DNA from: a virus
Strand: one strand, 5' to 3'
DNA: 64,000 bases
IMG/VR virus record: IMGVR_UViG_3300023180_005138
Coordinates: 1-64,000 of that record
Position numbers and translations under genes: made by a program. Below the pieces are notes generated by a model. That model was not told the DNA's origin, ran no database searches, and was given only the letters and a program-made list of their open reading frames with translations. This document shows, piece by piece, positions 17,261 to 25,465 of this stretch; within the stretch, counting starts at the first letter, position 1; each line of letters starts with the position of its first letter.

Positions 17261-17554
17261 TTAGTCATAGGTTTCAAGCAATGTAACTCGTCGAACCCTA
17301 TCATTTTCCCAAACTTCACGTTTGTCATAGAAACGACAAGTTTCAAGATGATCTAGGTAATCATTCATACGTTTAGCTGCTCGATTATACGCACGAGCTT
17401 GAATATCGCTCCAGACACGCACAGAGATAGACTCCATCCAATCAATAGCTAGACGAGGATTCCAACGAACTACATTAGGACATTCACGAATATAATTATT
17501 TACATCCCAAGTTGAAAATCCTAGATTCTTAGATGTTTCTTTTCTTTTAACCAT
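17261..17554 (-). CDS. Hypothetical protein
   Basis: ORF in small-gene run. Confidence 0.6.
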   Translation of the reverse strand: MVKRKETSKNLGFSTWDVNNYIRECPNVVRWNPRLAIDWMESISVRVWSDIQARAYNRAAKRMNDYLDHLETCRFYDKREVWENDRVRRVTLLETYD

Positions 17555-17729
17555 TTTTTACACGATCCATATTTAGTTGAAAATCAATATAAACATTACG
17601 GAGAAAGAGTGCTGCCACAAATTCTCCATTACTCTCTTTTAGTTCTTCATACTCTTCTAGGAGGATAGTCGCTGATTCGTGACCTTGATTAGATAGTTGT
17701 ATGAAGTACTGTTTTGCTTTTAGGTACAT
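17547..17729 (-). CDS. Hypothetical protein
   Basis: SD AAGGA. Confidence 0.55.
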   Translation of the reverse strand: MYLKAKQYFIQLSNQGHESATILLEEYEELKESNGEFVAALFLRNVYIDFQLNMDRVKNG

Positions 17730-17737
17730 ATTTATCC

Positions 17738-18004
17738 TTATAGACCTGCCAATCCTGTATTTGACTGAATTTTTAGATCTTCTCTTGTTTTACGATTAAG
17801 CTCTTCGATAGCATCTACGCGTTCTGGCGAGAACACTAGATGAATACCTTCTAGAGCCAACTCAATTCGTTCGCCTTTATCATTAATAAAGAAACGAACA
17901 CTTGTCCCCTCAATTATGCCGTCTTCCTGTACATTTTTGATGTGTCTCCAGAAGAAGGACCGATGAGGGCGATACTTAACTTGATATTTAATAGCTTTTG
18001 CCAT
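17738..18004 (-). CDS. Hypothetical protein
   Basis: SD GGAGG. Confidence 0.65.
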   Translation of the reverse strand: MAKAIKYQVKYRPHRSFFWRHIKNVQEDGIIEGTSVRFFINDKGERIELALEGIHLVFSPERVDAIEELNRKTREDLKIQSNTGLAGL

Positions 18005-18023
18005 TGTTTTCCTCCATTTTCTT

Positions 18024-18052
18024 ATTATACTAAATTTAAGTCTGTTTTACCA
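18024..18052 (-). promoter_or_regulatory. Leftward promoter of divergent pair
   Basis: TGGTAA-17-TATAAT (weak -35). Confidence 0.5.
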
Positions 18053-18091
18053 GAAAAATTTAGCAAATAAGCGTTTATCATGATATTTTAA

Positions 18092-18120
18092 TTGACTTTG
18101 GTATGGCACTATGATACCAT
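18092..18120 (+). promoter_or_regulatory. Rightward promoter of divergent pair
   Basis: TTGACT-17-TACCAT, ATG 6 nt downstream. Confidence 0.65.
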
Positions 18121-18126
18121 ACAATT

Positions 18127-18393
18127 ATGCGTAATTTAGTAGAAATATCAGCATATCGCATTGACTTTAAAGAAACTATAGACCACTATGAAGAGCAAGG
18201 CTTCTCATATGTAAGTTCACATGTTACGCCAGAGCAAAATAAAACTGGTGAAATTACTATTGTTTTTGAAGGTTCACGCGAATATATTGCTGAAATTTCA
18301 GATGCAGACGGTCATCGTGCGTTCTTGCAATTCGATGACGGAACCGAATCTCCTTTATATATTAAACGAGAAAGAAACTTTTGGGAAGATTAA
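18127..18393 (+). CDS. Hypothetical protein (probably leaderless)
   Basis: ATG at predicted TSS, no SD. Confidence 0.6.
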   Translation: MRNLVEISAYRIDFKETIDHYEEQGFSYVSSHVTPEQNKTGEITIVFEGSREYIAEISDADGHRAFLQFDDGTESPLYIKRERNFWED

Positions 18394-18394
18394 A

Positions 18395-18676
18395 ATGGCA
18401 GAATTTAAGCTCTGGGGTGTTTATACGCCTCTTTTAGAACAATGGACTCGTGATATGGGTAATCGCATGGAAGCCTATGTAGATACTAATGTTCATGATA
18501 TTGACGCTGAGTATTTTGATGAAGATGATCCTAGAGTCGCGCTATATGGATGGAAAAATTTTCCTCTATTTGTTGCTGTTAAGCATGGTCAACCTTTTCA
18601 AAAGGTAATTGGTAAACGTAACTGGGAATTTTATGAAGACTGGGTTAAAGGATTGGACTGGAAACGTGAGGCTTAA
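18395..18676 (+). CDS. Hypothetical protein
   Basis: Start moved to MAEFKLWG (18395) just after previous stop; aromatic-rich. Confidence 0.6.
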   Translation: MAEFKLWGVYTPLLEQWTRDMGNRMEAYVDTNVHDIDAEYFDEDDPRVALYGWKNFPLFVAVKHGQPFQKVIGKRNWEFYEDWVKGLDWKREA

Positions 18677-19749
18677 TGGAGTTTGACAGAGACTTTATCT
18701 TTTCTCATCAAAAAGTTTATAATATACACACAAATAAAAGTTATAATAGTAAAATATCTCTCATCTTATCTGATGAAACCCCTCAAAACTTAAGACTTCT
18801 TTTACATGACGGCCAGTGGGATCAATATAACTGGGAAATTGAACCGTCAGAATCTTTTGATAACTTATTAATTAATAGATGCCGACAACTAAGGCAGATG
18901 TACCCATATCTTACACTATACTTTAGTGGGGGAGCAGATTCTGAGACAATGGTACAATCATTTATAAAAGCTGGTATTGATCCTGATGAGATTGTAATAA
19001 ATGTATTCGAAGTCGCTAATGAAAATCCTTTACCTGATGTAGAATTAGCAATAAAAAAGCTAAACACCTATAAAAACTATTTACAAAAAACAAAGATTAC
19101 AATAAACCGATTCGGAAGAGAACTTCTGTTAAAGCTACTAGAAGGTAATCTTTGGTTTGACTCATACTTTAACGGGTCTATTGGTAATATCAGAAGGTTA
19201 ACCCTTCCAATTTATCAAGAGCTAGGGTTTTACAAAGATTCTGTACACTACACGGGTCATATTTTTGCTGATATGAAACCACAAGTAGAAGTAAAAAATA
19301 ATAAGTTTTATGCAAAAATGGGTCAAGGACTTAGCATAGGTCAATATGCAGACTGGTTTTATACAAGTTTAGATGCACCAGAGTTACAAATAAAACAAGC
19401 ACATTTAGTAAAAAACTATTTTAAAATACACGTTCCTACTGCTACTGGGTATTTAGGAGAACGTTCTAAGTATAAAGAAGATGTAATCAAAGCCTGTAGA
19501 TATAATTTTGACAACAGGTTTCAACCAGACAAGTTTGATGGGCTAGGATCAGATTTGCTAATTAAAAAGAAAACTGAAGATAGTGTAGTATATAATCTTA
19601 TGAAAAGCAAAGATCATCAACTATTTGATACCTACACTAGTAAAACTAAAGAACTTTTATCAGGAATAAAAAGTAAATCTCTAATTAGACCTGATACTTA
19701 TGATTTAGTGCCTATTAGTTATCAACAGGAATTTTATTTAGGTGAATAA
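18676..19749 (+). CDS. PP-loop family protein, paralog 2
   Basis: LYFSGGADSET; shares RCRQLR, DEIVI, FNG.IG.IRR, KQ..LVKNY, GLG.DL with paralog 1. Confidence 0.7.
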   Translation: MEFDRDFIFSHQKVYNIHTNKSYNSKISLILSDETPQNLRLLLHDGQWDQYNWEIEPSESFDNLLINRCRQLRQMYPYLTLYFSGGADSETMVQSFIKAGIDPDEIVINVFEVANENPLPDVELAIKKLNTYKNYLQKTKITINRFGRELLLKLLEGNLWFDSYFNGSIGNIRRLTLPIYQELGFYKDSVHYTGHIFADMKPQVEVKNNKFYAKMGQGLSIGQYADWFYTSLDAPELQIKQAHLVKNYFKIHVPTATGYLGERSKYKEDVIKACRYNFDNRFQPDKFDGLGSDLLIKKKTEDSVVYNLMKSKDHQLFDTYTSKTKELLSGIKSKSLIRPDTYDLVPISYQQEFYLGE

Positions 19750-20855
19750 TGAAAAAAATAGCATTTATCCCTCATAAACAAAGATTAGAAAGACATAAAG
19801 TAGACTATTTAAGAGCCATGAGCGATGCTATGGACTATCCATATCAATCAGAAGATGGCAGAGATTTATCTCCTATACAACAAGCTCTTCATGATAAATG
19901 CGCAGAGCTTTCAGGCATTCCATATTGGACTTTTACAGATTGTTGTACTGATGCACTTCAAATTTCAATACATTGCTTAACTGAGCCTGGAGATATTATT
20001 GTAGTTCCCTCTTACGGATGGCGTGCTTTCGCAAATGCAGTGAAATTTATGAATCGAACTCTTCATTTTGTAGATTGTGATGAAACTGGTAATATTTCTA
20101 TAGATTCTTTAGAAGAGTATTGTAAAGAAGCAATTTTAGCTCCTGCAGCAGTAATTGCAGTACATAATTTTGGTACCGTTGTAGATTGTAGAAATATTAG
20201 AACTATTCTTGATAATGAAGGATTTGTAAATACTTGTATAATTGAAGATGCAGCTCCAGCATTTTATATGGGAGAGCCTTATGCTTATACCCCTGGTAGC
20301 TCGTCTGAAGCGGTATGCTATTCCTTCGACTTCACAAAATATCCAGGAACGCTTGGTAGCGGAGGAGCAATTGCAACACGTTTTGAGGACGTTAAGGAAA
20401 GGGTTTATCTTTCTTCAGCACATGGCAGAGCAAAATCTGGACAAATTATTACCTTTGGTACTAAGTCATATATGGATAATACCTCTTGTGCCGTTCTTTT
20501 AAAAGAGATTCAGTTGTTTGAGCAGTTTGAGTATAGAAAGCGTAGAGACGCAATTGCTACTTGGTATAAAAACAATCTTCCCTATCCAAACGTACCCGGC
20601 GATAATTATGTCTGGGAGAGATATACGATGGCAGTCTTTCCAGACCAGGTAGAGTCTGTTATAAAATCACTTAATGATGTAGGTTGTTTAGCAAGAACAT
20701 TCTTTAAAGAACCTCTCCATCAGTATGATTGGCTAAATGACAATAAAAAATGGTGCCCTATGACAGAACAGTTTACCGCTTCTACTGTTATGCTTCCTTC
20801 TCATCACTATTTAAAAGATGAAGAATTAGAAAGAATAGCAGAAGCCTTATGTTAG
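19749..20855 (+). CDS. DegT-family sugar aminotransferase, paralog 2
   Basis: PGDIIVVPSYGW, VHNFG, IEDAA, SFDFTKYP, MLPSH. Confidence 0.88.
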   Translation: MKKIAFIPHKQRLERHKVDYLRAMSDAMDYPYQSEDGRDLSPIQQALHDKCAELSGIPYWTFTDCCTDALQISIHCLTEPGDIIVVPSYGWRAFANAVKFMNRTLHFVDCDETGNISIDSLEEYCKEAILAPAAVIAVHNFGTVVDCRNIRTILDNEGFVNTCIIEDAAPAFYMGEPYAYTPGSSSEAVCYSFDFTKYPGTLGSGGAIATRFEDVKERVYLSSAHGRAKSGQIITFGTKSYMDNTSCAVLLKEIQLFEQFEYRKRRDAIATWYKNNLPYPNVPGDNYVWERYTMAVFPDQVESVIKSLNDVGCLARTFFKEPLHQYDWLNDNKKWCPMTEQFTASTVMLPSHHYLKDEELERIAEALC

Positions 20856-21676
20856 ATCTAAGAATACTAGATGTAGTTGTATTATTAAATTGTAATCTTA
20901 ATTGTAGAGGTTGCAATAATTTTTGTGATCACAATGTAGCTGGTATAAGAAGTCTAGAAAACCTAAAACAAGATTTTATTAACTGGAAAACTAAAATTAA
21001 TCCTTCTAGAGTACAAATTATGGGAGGAGAAGCTTTATTACATAAAAATATATACGAAGTTATATATGCAGCTAGAGAGCATTTTCCTAATACTGACTTA
21101 AGATTATTTACTAATGGTCTTTTGTTAAATAAACACAAAGAATTAGTAAAAGTATTACAAGATACTAATTGTATGTTAGTAATTAGTGTACACTCTAAAG
21201 AGCCTAAGTATCTTAATTTTCTTTCTGATAGTGTACATTCTATTTTTAAAGGTTCTTTTAAAAATTCTGAAACAAAATCTTTAGTTTCTTATGGAACTGT
21301 ATATGAAAAAGAAGGTGTTACAATAGAATTTAGAGACATGACGAATCATTGGTATCAAACTTATAAAAATGGAGTAACCCCTTACCAAGATAATGACCCC
21401 AAAAAGTCCTGGGAAGCCTGTTATTTTAAATATTGCACTCAACTTTATGATGGAAAACTATGGAAATGCTCTCAAATAGCATATTTAGAGCCTTTAATGT
21501 CCCGTATCAATAATACAGAGTCTTGGGAAAAGTATAGAAATATTTATAAAGCATTAGATTATGATGGGTCAGATAAAGATTTTTTAGATTTTAGAACTAA
21601 TTTAAATAGAGAAGAGTTTATTTGTAATATGTGTCCGGCTAACCCAGAAATGCTGAGGTCAAAAAGTGTCTGGTAA
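20849..21676 (+). CDS. Radical SAM protein with C-terminal Cys cluster
   Basis: CNLNCRGC, MGGEALL, FTNG; C-terminal C...C...C...CNMC. Confidence 0.88.
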   Translation: MLDLRILDVVVLLNCNLNCRGCNNFCDHNVAGIRSLENLKQDFINWKTKINPSRVQIMGGEALLHKNIYEVIYAAREHFPNTDLRLFTNGLLLNKHKELVKVLQDTNCMLVISVHSKEPKYLNFLSDSVHSIFKGSFKNSETKSLVSYGTVYEKEGVTIEFRDMTNHWYQTYKNGVTPYQDNDPKKSWEACYFKYCTQLYDGKLWKCSQIAYLEPLMSRINNTESWEKYRNIYKALDYDGSDKDFLDFRTNLNREEFICNMCPANPEMLRSKSVW

Positions 21677-22631
21677 AACTATTATTGGTATTAAACAAGA
21701 TGGAACAGTAGAAGAATTTTATCCTCAAGAATTAAGAGCTTCTAAGCTAAATGCTTGGAAAGGTTGGAAATGTTCTGTAGGACAATATAATATTGCTATA
21801 GCAGAAAATGGAGATATGAAAGGCGGAGATTGTGGAATCGGAGGACATCTAGGAAATATATATAAAGAGTTTCGTATTCCTAAGGAATGGCACACTTGTA
21901 CTATAGATTATTGTTCATGTTTTTTTGATATTGGAGTTCCTAAAGTATCTCAAGACCCCAACTCTGATTATAAAGAGTTTAGATCAAAAGAAATAGATTT
22001 AAAATTTGAATGGTTTTTGTCGGCTAAGTGTAACTATGCTTGTGAATATTGTCCTGATACGATTCATAATAATTTACCTCATAAAAATACATCAAAACAA
22101 GTATTTACCGGATTAGATAACTTATTTAAAAAACTAGATGGTAGAACATTTACAATGAGTCTTTGGGGCGGAGAGCCTACTATGTTTCCAGATTATATAG
22201 AAATTTGTAAAAAAATAAATGATTATGGAGCTAGAGTATTTACAACAACTAACGGAAGCAGAAGTGAAAAATACTTAGCAGAATTAATTCATCATAGCTG
22301 TTTATCTATATCAGTACATCAAGACTCTTATGATCAAGATAGAATGATAAATAATATAAAAGCTATAATAAGCGAAATAGATAAAAATAAGTTAGAAAAC
22401 TGGATAATGGTTAGGTGTATGGTTAAGCCAGGAAGTCTTTCTCACTGGAAAATTTTTATAGAAAGACTACAAAACGAAATACCCAACTTTACAAATAAAG
22501 CTAAATTAACATTAAACACCTTAGTAGGAGTATTACCTGATAGAAGTGATTGGACGGAAGATTTAATGGTAGGATATACAGAAAAAGAACTAAGTATATT
22601 AAAAAAATATGGTAGGTTGACAAATGTCTAA
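21666..22631 (+). CDS. Radical SAM protein with N-terminal SPASM/twitch-like domain
   Basis: CNYACEYC, WGGEPT, TTNGS; N-terminal WKC...GD...C...LGNI...C...C.C.FD. Confidence 0.85.
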   Translation: MSGKTIIGIKQDGTVEEFYPQELRASKLNAWKGWKCSVGQYNIAIAENGDMKGGDCGIGGHLGNIYKEFRIPKEWHTCTIDYCSCFFDIGVPKVSQDPNSDYKEFRSKEIDLKFEWFLSAKCNYACEYCPDTIHNNLPHKNTSKQVFTGLDNLFKKLDGRTFTMSLWGGEPTMFPDYIEICKKINDYGARVFTTTNGSRSEKYLAELIHHSCLSISVHQDSYDQDRMINNIKAIISEIDKNKLENWIMVRCMVKPGSLSHWKIFIERLQNEIPNFTNKAKLTLNTLVGVLPDRSDWTEDLMVGYTEKELSILKKYGRLTNV

Positions 22632-23586
22632 TATATTAATTACTGGAGGACAAGGATTCATAGGGGCGGCAATTGCTGAAGTTCTTAAAAAAGAACATAC
22701 AGTAATTATTATGGATAAATGGTCAGAAAAGTATCCTGGGTACTCTGCTATTCATAGAGGTAAAGACGGACTAAAACCAGCTTCTATATTAGAAATGAAG
22801 CATAGAAAACAAGCAGCGGAATACAGAAATAATCAAATAAAAAATATATCTATTATAAAGTCTTGGACTTTTAATGAACATTTAGAAGATAAAATATCTC
22901 CTTTTTGGCCAGATTTAATTATAAATTGTGGTAGTTTGTCTGAGGCTATTTTATCTCAATATTTTAAGGAATTTACAGAAGACTCTATAGTAAGAGGCAT
23001 AGTTCAACTTAAATATATGTTTGATTGTCCTATACTTCATTTTTCTAGTTCCATGTCTTATGGATCTTGGACAGGGCCAATTAAAGAAGATGCTATGCAA
23101 AATCCAGTAGATTGGTACGGTAAATGTAAACAATTAAGTGAAATTTATATGGAAAGAGATAAAGATATAATAGTGCGTCCTATGCATGTTTATGGCTTCG
23201 GAGACGGTAAATTTCCAATGCCCATGAACATAGAAAGACAATATCAAAATGGCCGTCCTGTAACAGTAGAAGAGGCAGACTGCATCTATATTAAGGACCT
23301 TGTTGTAGTAATTAAAAAAATGATTGATAAATGGGTTCCAGGAGTGTATAATCTAAGTTCTGGATATCTTCGTTCTAAGGAAGTAATTAGAGAAGAATCT
23401 AAAAATATTCTTGGATATGAAATAGAAACAATTAATAAATCTGGTCCTACTGGTAAAGATAGAGGAACACTAGATTCTTCGAAACTAATGGAAGTTTATA
23501 ACTGGAACTCACAATATAAAAATTACAAAGAGACAATCATAGATTACTTTAATCAGTATAGGATAAATAATGAGAATAATAGTTAG
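22624..23586 (+). CDS. NAD-dependent epimerase/dehydratase
   Basis: ITGGQGFIG, FSSSMSYG, YGKCK, RPMHVYG. Confidence 0.85.
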   Translation: MSNILITGGQGFIGAAIAEVLKKEHTVIIMDKWSEKYPGYSAIHRGKDGLKPASILEMKHRKQAAEYRNNQIKNISIIKSWTFNEHLEDKISPFWPDLIINCGSLSEAILSQYFKEFTEDSIVRGIVQLKYMFDCPILHFSSSMSYGSWTGPIKEDAMQNPVDWYGKCKQLSEIYMERDKDIIVRPMHVYGFGDGKFPMPMNIERQYQNGRPVTVEEADCIYIKDLVVVIKKMIDKWVPGVYNLSSGYLRSKEVIREESKNILGYEIETINKSGPTGKDRGTLDSSKLMEVYNWNSQYKNYKETIIDYFNQYRINNENNS

Positions 23587-23899
23587 AAATAATGATCCTT
23601 TAAAGGCTTACAAGTTACTTAATAGAAAACTCCATGAAGCTAATATCTTTATAGAGTTAAAAGAAAGACAACACTATAAGTCTAAAGGAGAAAAAAGAAG
23701 AGAAAAGCGAAAAAGAGCTGTTGCTAGACAAAGAAAAGAGCATGCTCAAAAAGAAGCTATTCTATTAAAATTAGAAAACCAAATAACACGAGGAAATAAT
23801 GGTAGAAGAAACAACACAGGAAAACCAAATTCAAATAGAATGGGTTCCACTAACCGTAGCAGGAATCCTCAAAGTAAAGCTCCCAGAACCAACAGTTAA
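23570..23899 (+). CDS. rpsU: Ribosomal protein bS21 with C-terminal extension
   Basis: IIVRNND..KAYKLLNRKL...IF.ELKERQHY.SKGEKRREKRKRAVARQRK. Confidence 0.85.
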   Translation: MRIIVRNNDPLKAYKLLNRKLHEANIFIELKERQHYKSKGEKRREKRKRAVARQRKEHAQKEAILLKLENQITRGNNGRRNNTGKPNSNRMGSTNRSRNPQSKAPRTNS

Positions 23900-24491
23900 T
23901 TTCTTAACAGAACTTACAGATATTATTTTATCAGATGACCCTGATTTAGAAGGGCTATCATATGATGATAGGTTAGCTGGACAAATTAAAGCAGGAAAAC
24001 AACGAGAAATACCTCTTACTGAAGAAACTAGAAAATCAAAAGCTATGTCTAATTTCTTAACTTTTTCTTCTAATATTTGTCTTGAATGGATGAATGGTTA
24101 TCTACACTATAATCCAAAAGCACGTACTACTTGGAATGATACCATAAGTGTAGATATATATGAATTTTGGGTAAATAAACAGTTAACTGGTGATTATAAC
24201 CCTCTTCATAATCATTGTCAGCCTTTTGCAGCTCTTAGTTCGGTAATTTACTTGAAAGTTCCAGAACAGATTTCAAATAATAACGATTTAAAAAGCGATG
24301 ACGGAATGATTAAGTTTTTGTGGAGCGATAGAGGAAATCCTCATATGTTAGAATTTCCGGGCATGTTAACAGTAAAACCAGAAGTAGGAGATTATTATGT
24401 TTTTCCTGCTTGGCTAAATCATGAAGTATCACCCTTTAGAGGAGAAGGGGAGAGACGTTCTTTAAGTTGGAACGCAAAGCTTTGGGTTTAA
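23799..24491 (+). CDS. 2OG-Fe(II) oxygenase (TIGR02466-like)
   Basis: WVN.Q..GDYNPLHNH, LSSVIYLKVP, P..GD..VFPAWL.HEV.P, ERRSLSWN. Confidence 0.85.
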   Translation: MVEETTQENQIQIEWVPLTVAGILKVKLPEPTVNFLTELTDIILSDDPDLEGLSYDDRLAGQIKAGKQREIPLTEETRKSKAMSNFLTFSSNICLEWMNGYLHYNPKARTTWNDTISVDIYEFWVNKQLTGDYNPLHNHCQPFAALSSVIYLKVPEQISNNNDLKSDDGMIKFLWSDRGNPHMLEFPGMLTVKPEVGDYYVFPAWLNHEVSPFRGEGERRSLSWNAKLWV

Positions 24492-24509
24492 AATAAATCT
24501 TCTCTAATG

Positions 24510-24550
24510 CTTCTTTCAATGATATACTAATGGTATAAATTTGAAAGGAG
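24510..24550 (+). promoter_or_regulatory. SD-occluding hairpin
   Basis: CTTCTTTCAA pairs with TTGAAAGGAG; inner stem TATAC/GTATA. Confidence 0.45.
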
Positions 24551-24556
24551 TTTTTT

Positions 24557-24811
24557 ATGAAAGCGTACAAAGGTTCTTTTAAGAAAAAGAACGGCGATAA
24601 AAGAGAAATGGTATTCTCTAGAATCAAGGATTTACCTAACGGTTTTGTTGCTGCTTGTATTGTCGGAGCAGGATCAGAAAAAACATACCCAGAAGGTATG
24701 GAACTTGTATGGGACTTAGAGGCGGATGATTTTAGAATCTTTAATTATAAAACTGCTGATAGCGATATACAAGAACTAGATGTAGACGGAAGCTATTACC
24801 TAAAATTTTAA
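24557..24811 (+). CDS. SH3-fold/WYL-like (DUF2693-like) protein
   Basis: F.KKNG.KR.M.F...VWDLE...FR.F pattern. Confidence 0.55.
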   Translation: MKAYKGSFKKKNGDKREMVFSRIKDLPNGFVAACIVGAGSEKTYPEGMELVWDLEADDFRIFNYKTADSDIQELDVDGSYYLKF

Positions 24812-24826
24812 AAATTAAAAAAGGGG

Positions 24827-24855
24827 TTGACAGTGTCGCAAAAATCATATAAAAT
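24827..24855 (+). promoter_or_regulatory. Sigma70-type promoter overlapping purS start (possible tmRNA promoter)
   Basis: TTGACA-17-TAAAAT. Confidence 0.6.
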
Positions 24856-25066
24856 AACTATAATGCTAAAGAGAGGAATACTCGATAACGCAGGAAAAGC
24901 GACAACTAAAGCTTTAAATAATTTAGGGTTTAAAACTGTAGAAGATGTTAGAATTGGAAGATGCATCTATCTTACTACAGACAAAGATATTGAACCCATA
25001 GCTCAGTCTCTTTATAATAGTGTTATGGAAGAGTATGAAGTTAAGTGTCTTGATGACGTAGACTGA
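24833..25066 (+). CDS. purS: Phosphoribosylformylglycinamidine synthase subunit PurS
   Basis: I.LK.GILD..G.A...AL..LGF..V.DVRIG...L.NSVMEEY; GTG start with SD AAGGGG (alternative leaderless ATG 24863). Confidence 0.85.
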   Translation: MSQKSYKITIMLKRGILDNAGKATTKALNNLGFKTVEDVRIGRCIYLTTDKDIEPIAQSLYNSVMEEYEVKCLDDVD

Positions 25067-25108
25067 AAACTGAACTGGACCGGGGGGCAGTACCCCGCGC
25101 CTCCACCA
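25061..25108 (+). ncRNA. ssrA: Two-piece tmRNA, acceptor piece (5' end approximate)
   Basis: T-arm CGGGG-GGCAGTA-CCCCG, acceptor strand CGCCTCC-A-CCA. Confidence 0.88.
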
Positions 25109-25129
25109 TAAACATATGAAGGAAAAACA

Positions 25130-25258
25130 ATGGATTGGTTTACAGCAGATTTAATACATGCAATGAACGAGACATCGTGGGTCGATGGCATTGGAACCAT
25201 TGTTGTTCTACTTGGTGCTTACTTTGTATACAAGTGGATTAACAATAAATTCAAATAA
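25130..25258 (+). CDS. 42-aa single-TM protein inside tmRNA intervening segment
   Basis: SD GAAGGA; MDWFTADLIHAMNETSWVDGIGTIVVLLGAYFVYKWINNKFK. Confidence 0.7.
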   Translation: MDWFTADLIHAMNETSWVDGIGTIVVLLGAYFVYKWINNKFK

Positions 25259-25273
25259 TCGTGTGTTTATGAT

Positions 25274-25456
25274 GGGGGCGAAATAGGATCGACAGGCAGA
25301 TAATAGGAAAGCCGAGAGACAGGTGCGCAAGCGACCTTAACCGCAAGAAAATCAATAAATGCAAACGATAATTTCGTAGCATCTGAGAATTATGCACTAG
25401 CTGCATAATCTTTCTGGGGTTCGGTAGGTTCCTAGCAACAGAATACCTACCATTTT
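25274..25456 (+). ncRNA. ssrA: Two-piece tmRNA, coding piece; tag ANDNFVASENYALAA (25361-25408)
   Basis: GGGGGCG pairs with CGCCTCC incl. G3.U70; AAATAGGATCGAC D-loop; AATAAAT-GCA resume; 3' hairpin GGTAGGT/ACCTACC + TTTT. Confidence 0.92.
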
Positions 25457-25465
25457 GAGGGACAA

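Noticed and set aside
18676-22631. 7-deazaguanine DNA modification pathway (QueC-like PP-loop + QueE-like radical SAM)
   Set aside because: No QueD, FolE or DpdA seen; PP-loop proteins lack the QueC C-terminal Zn motif; sugar-pathway context fits better
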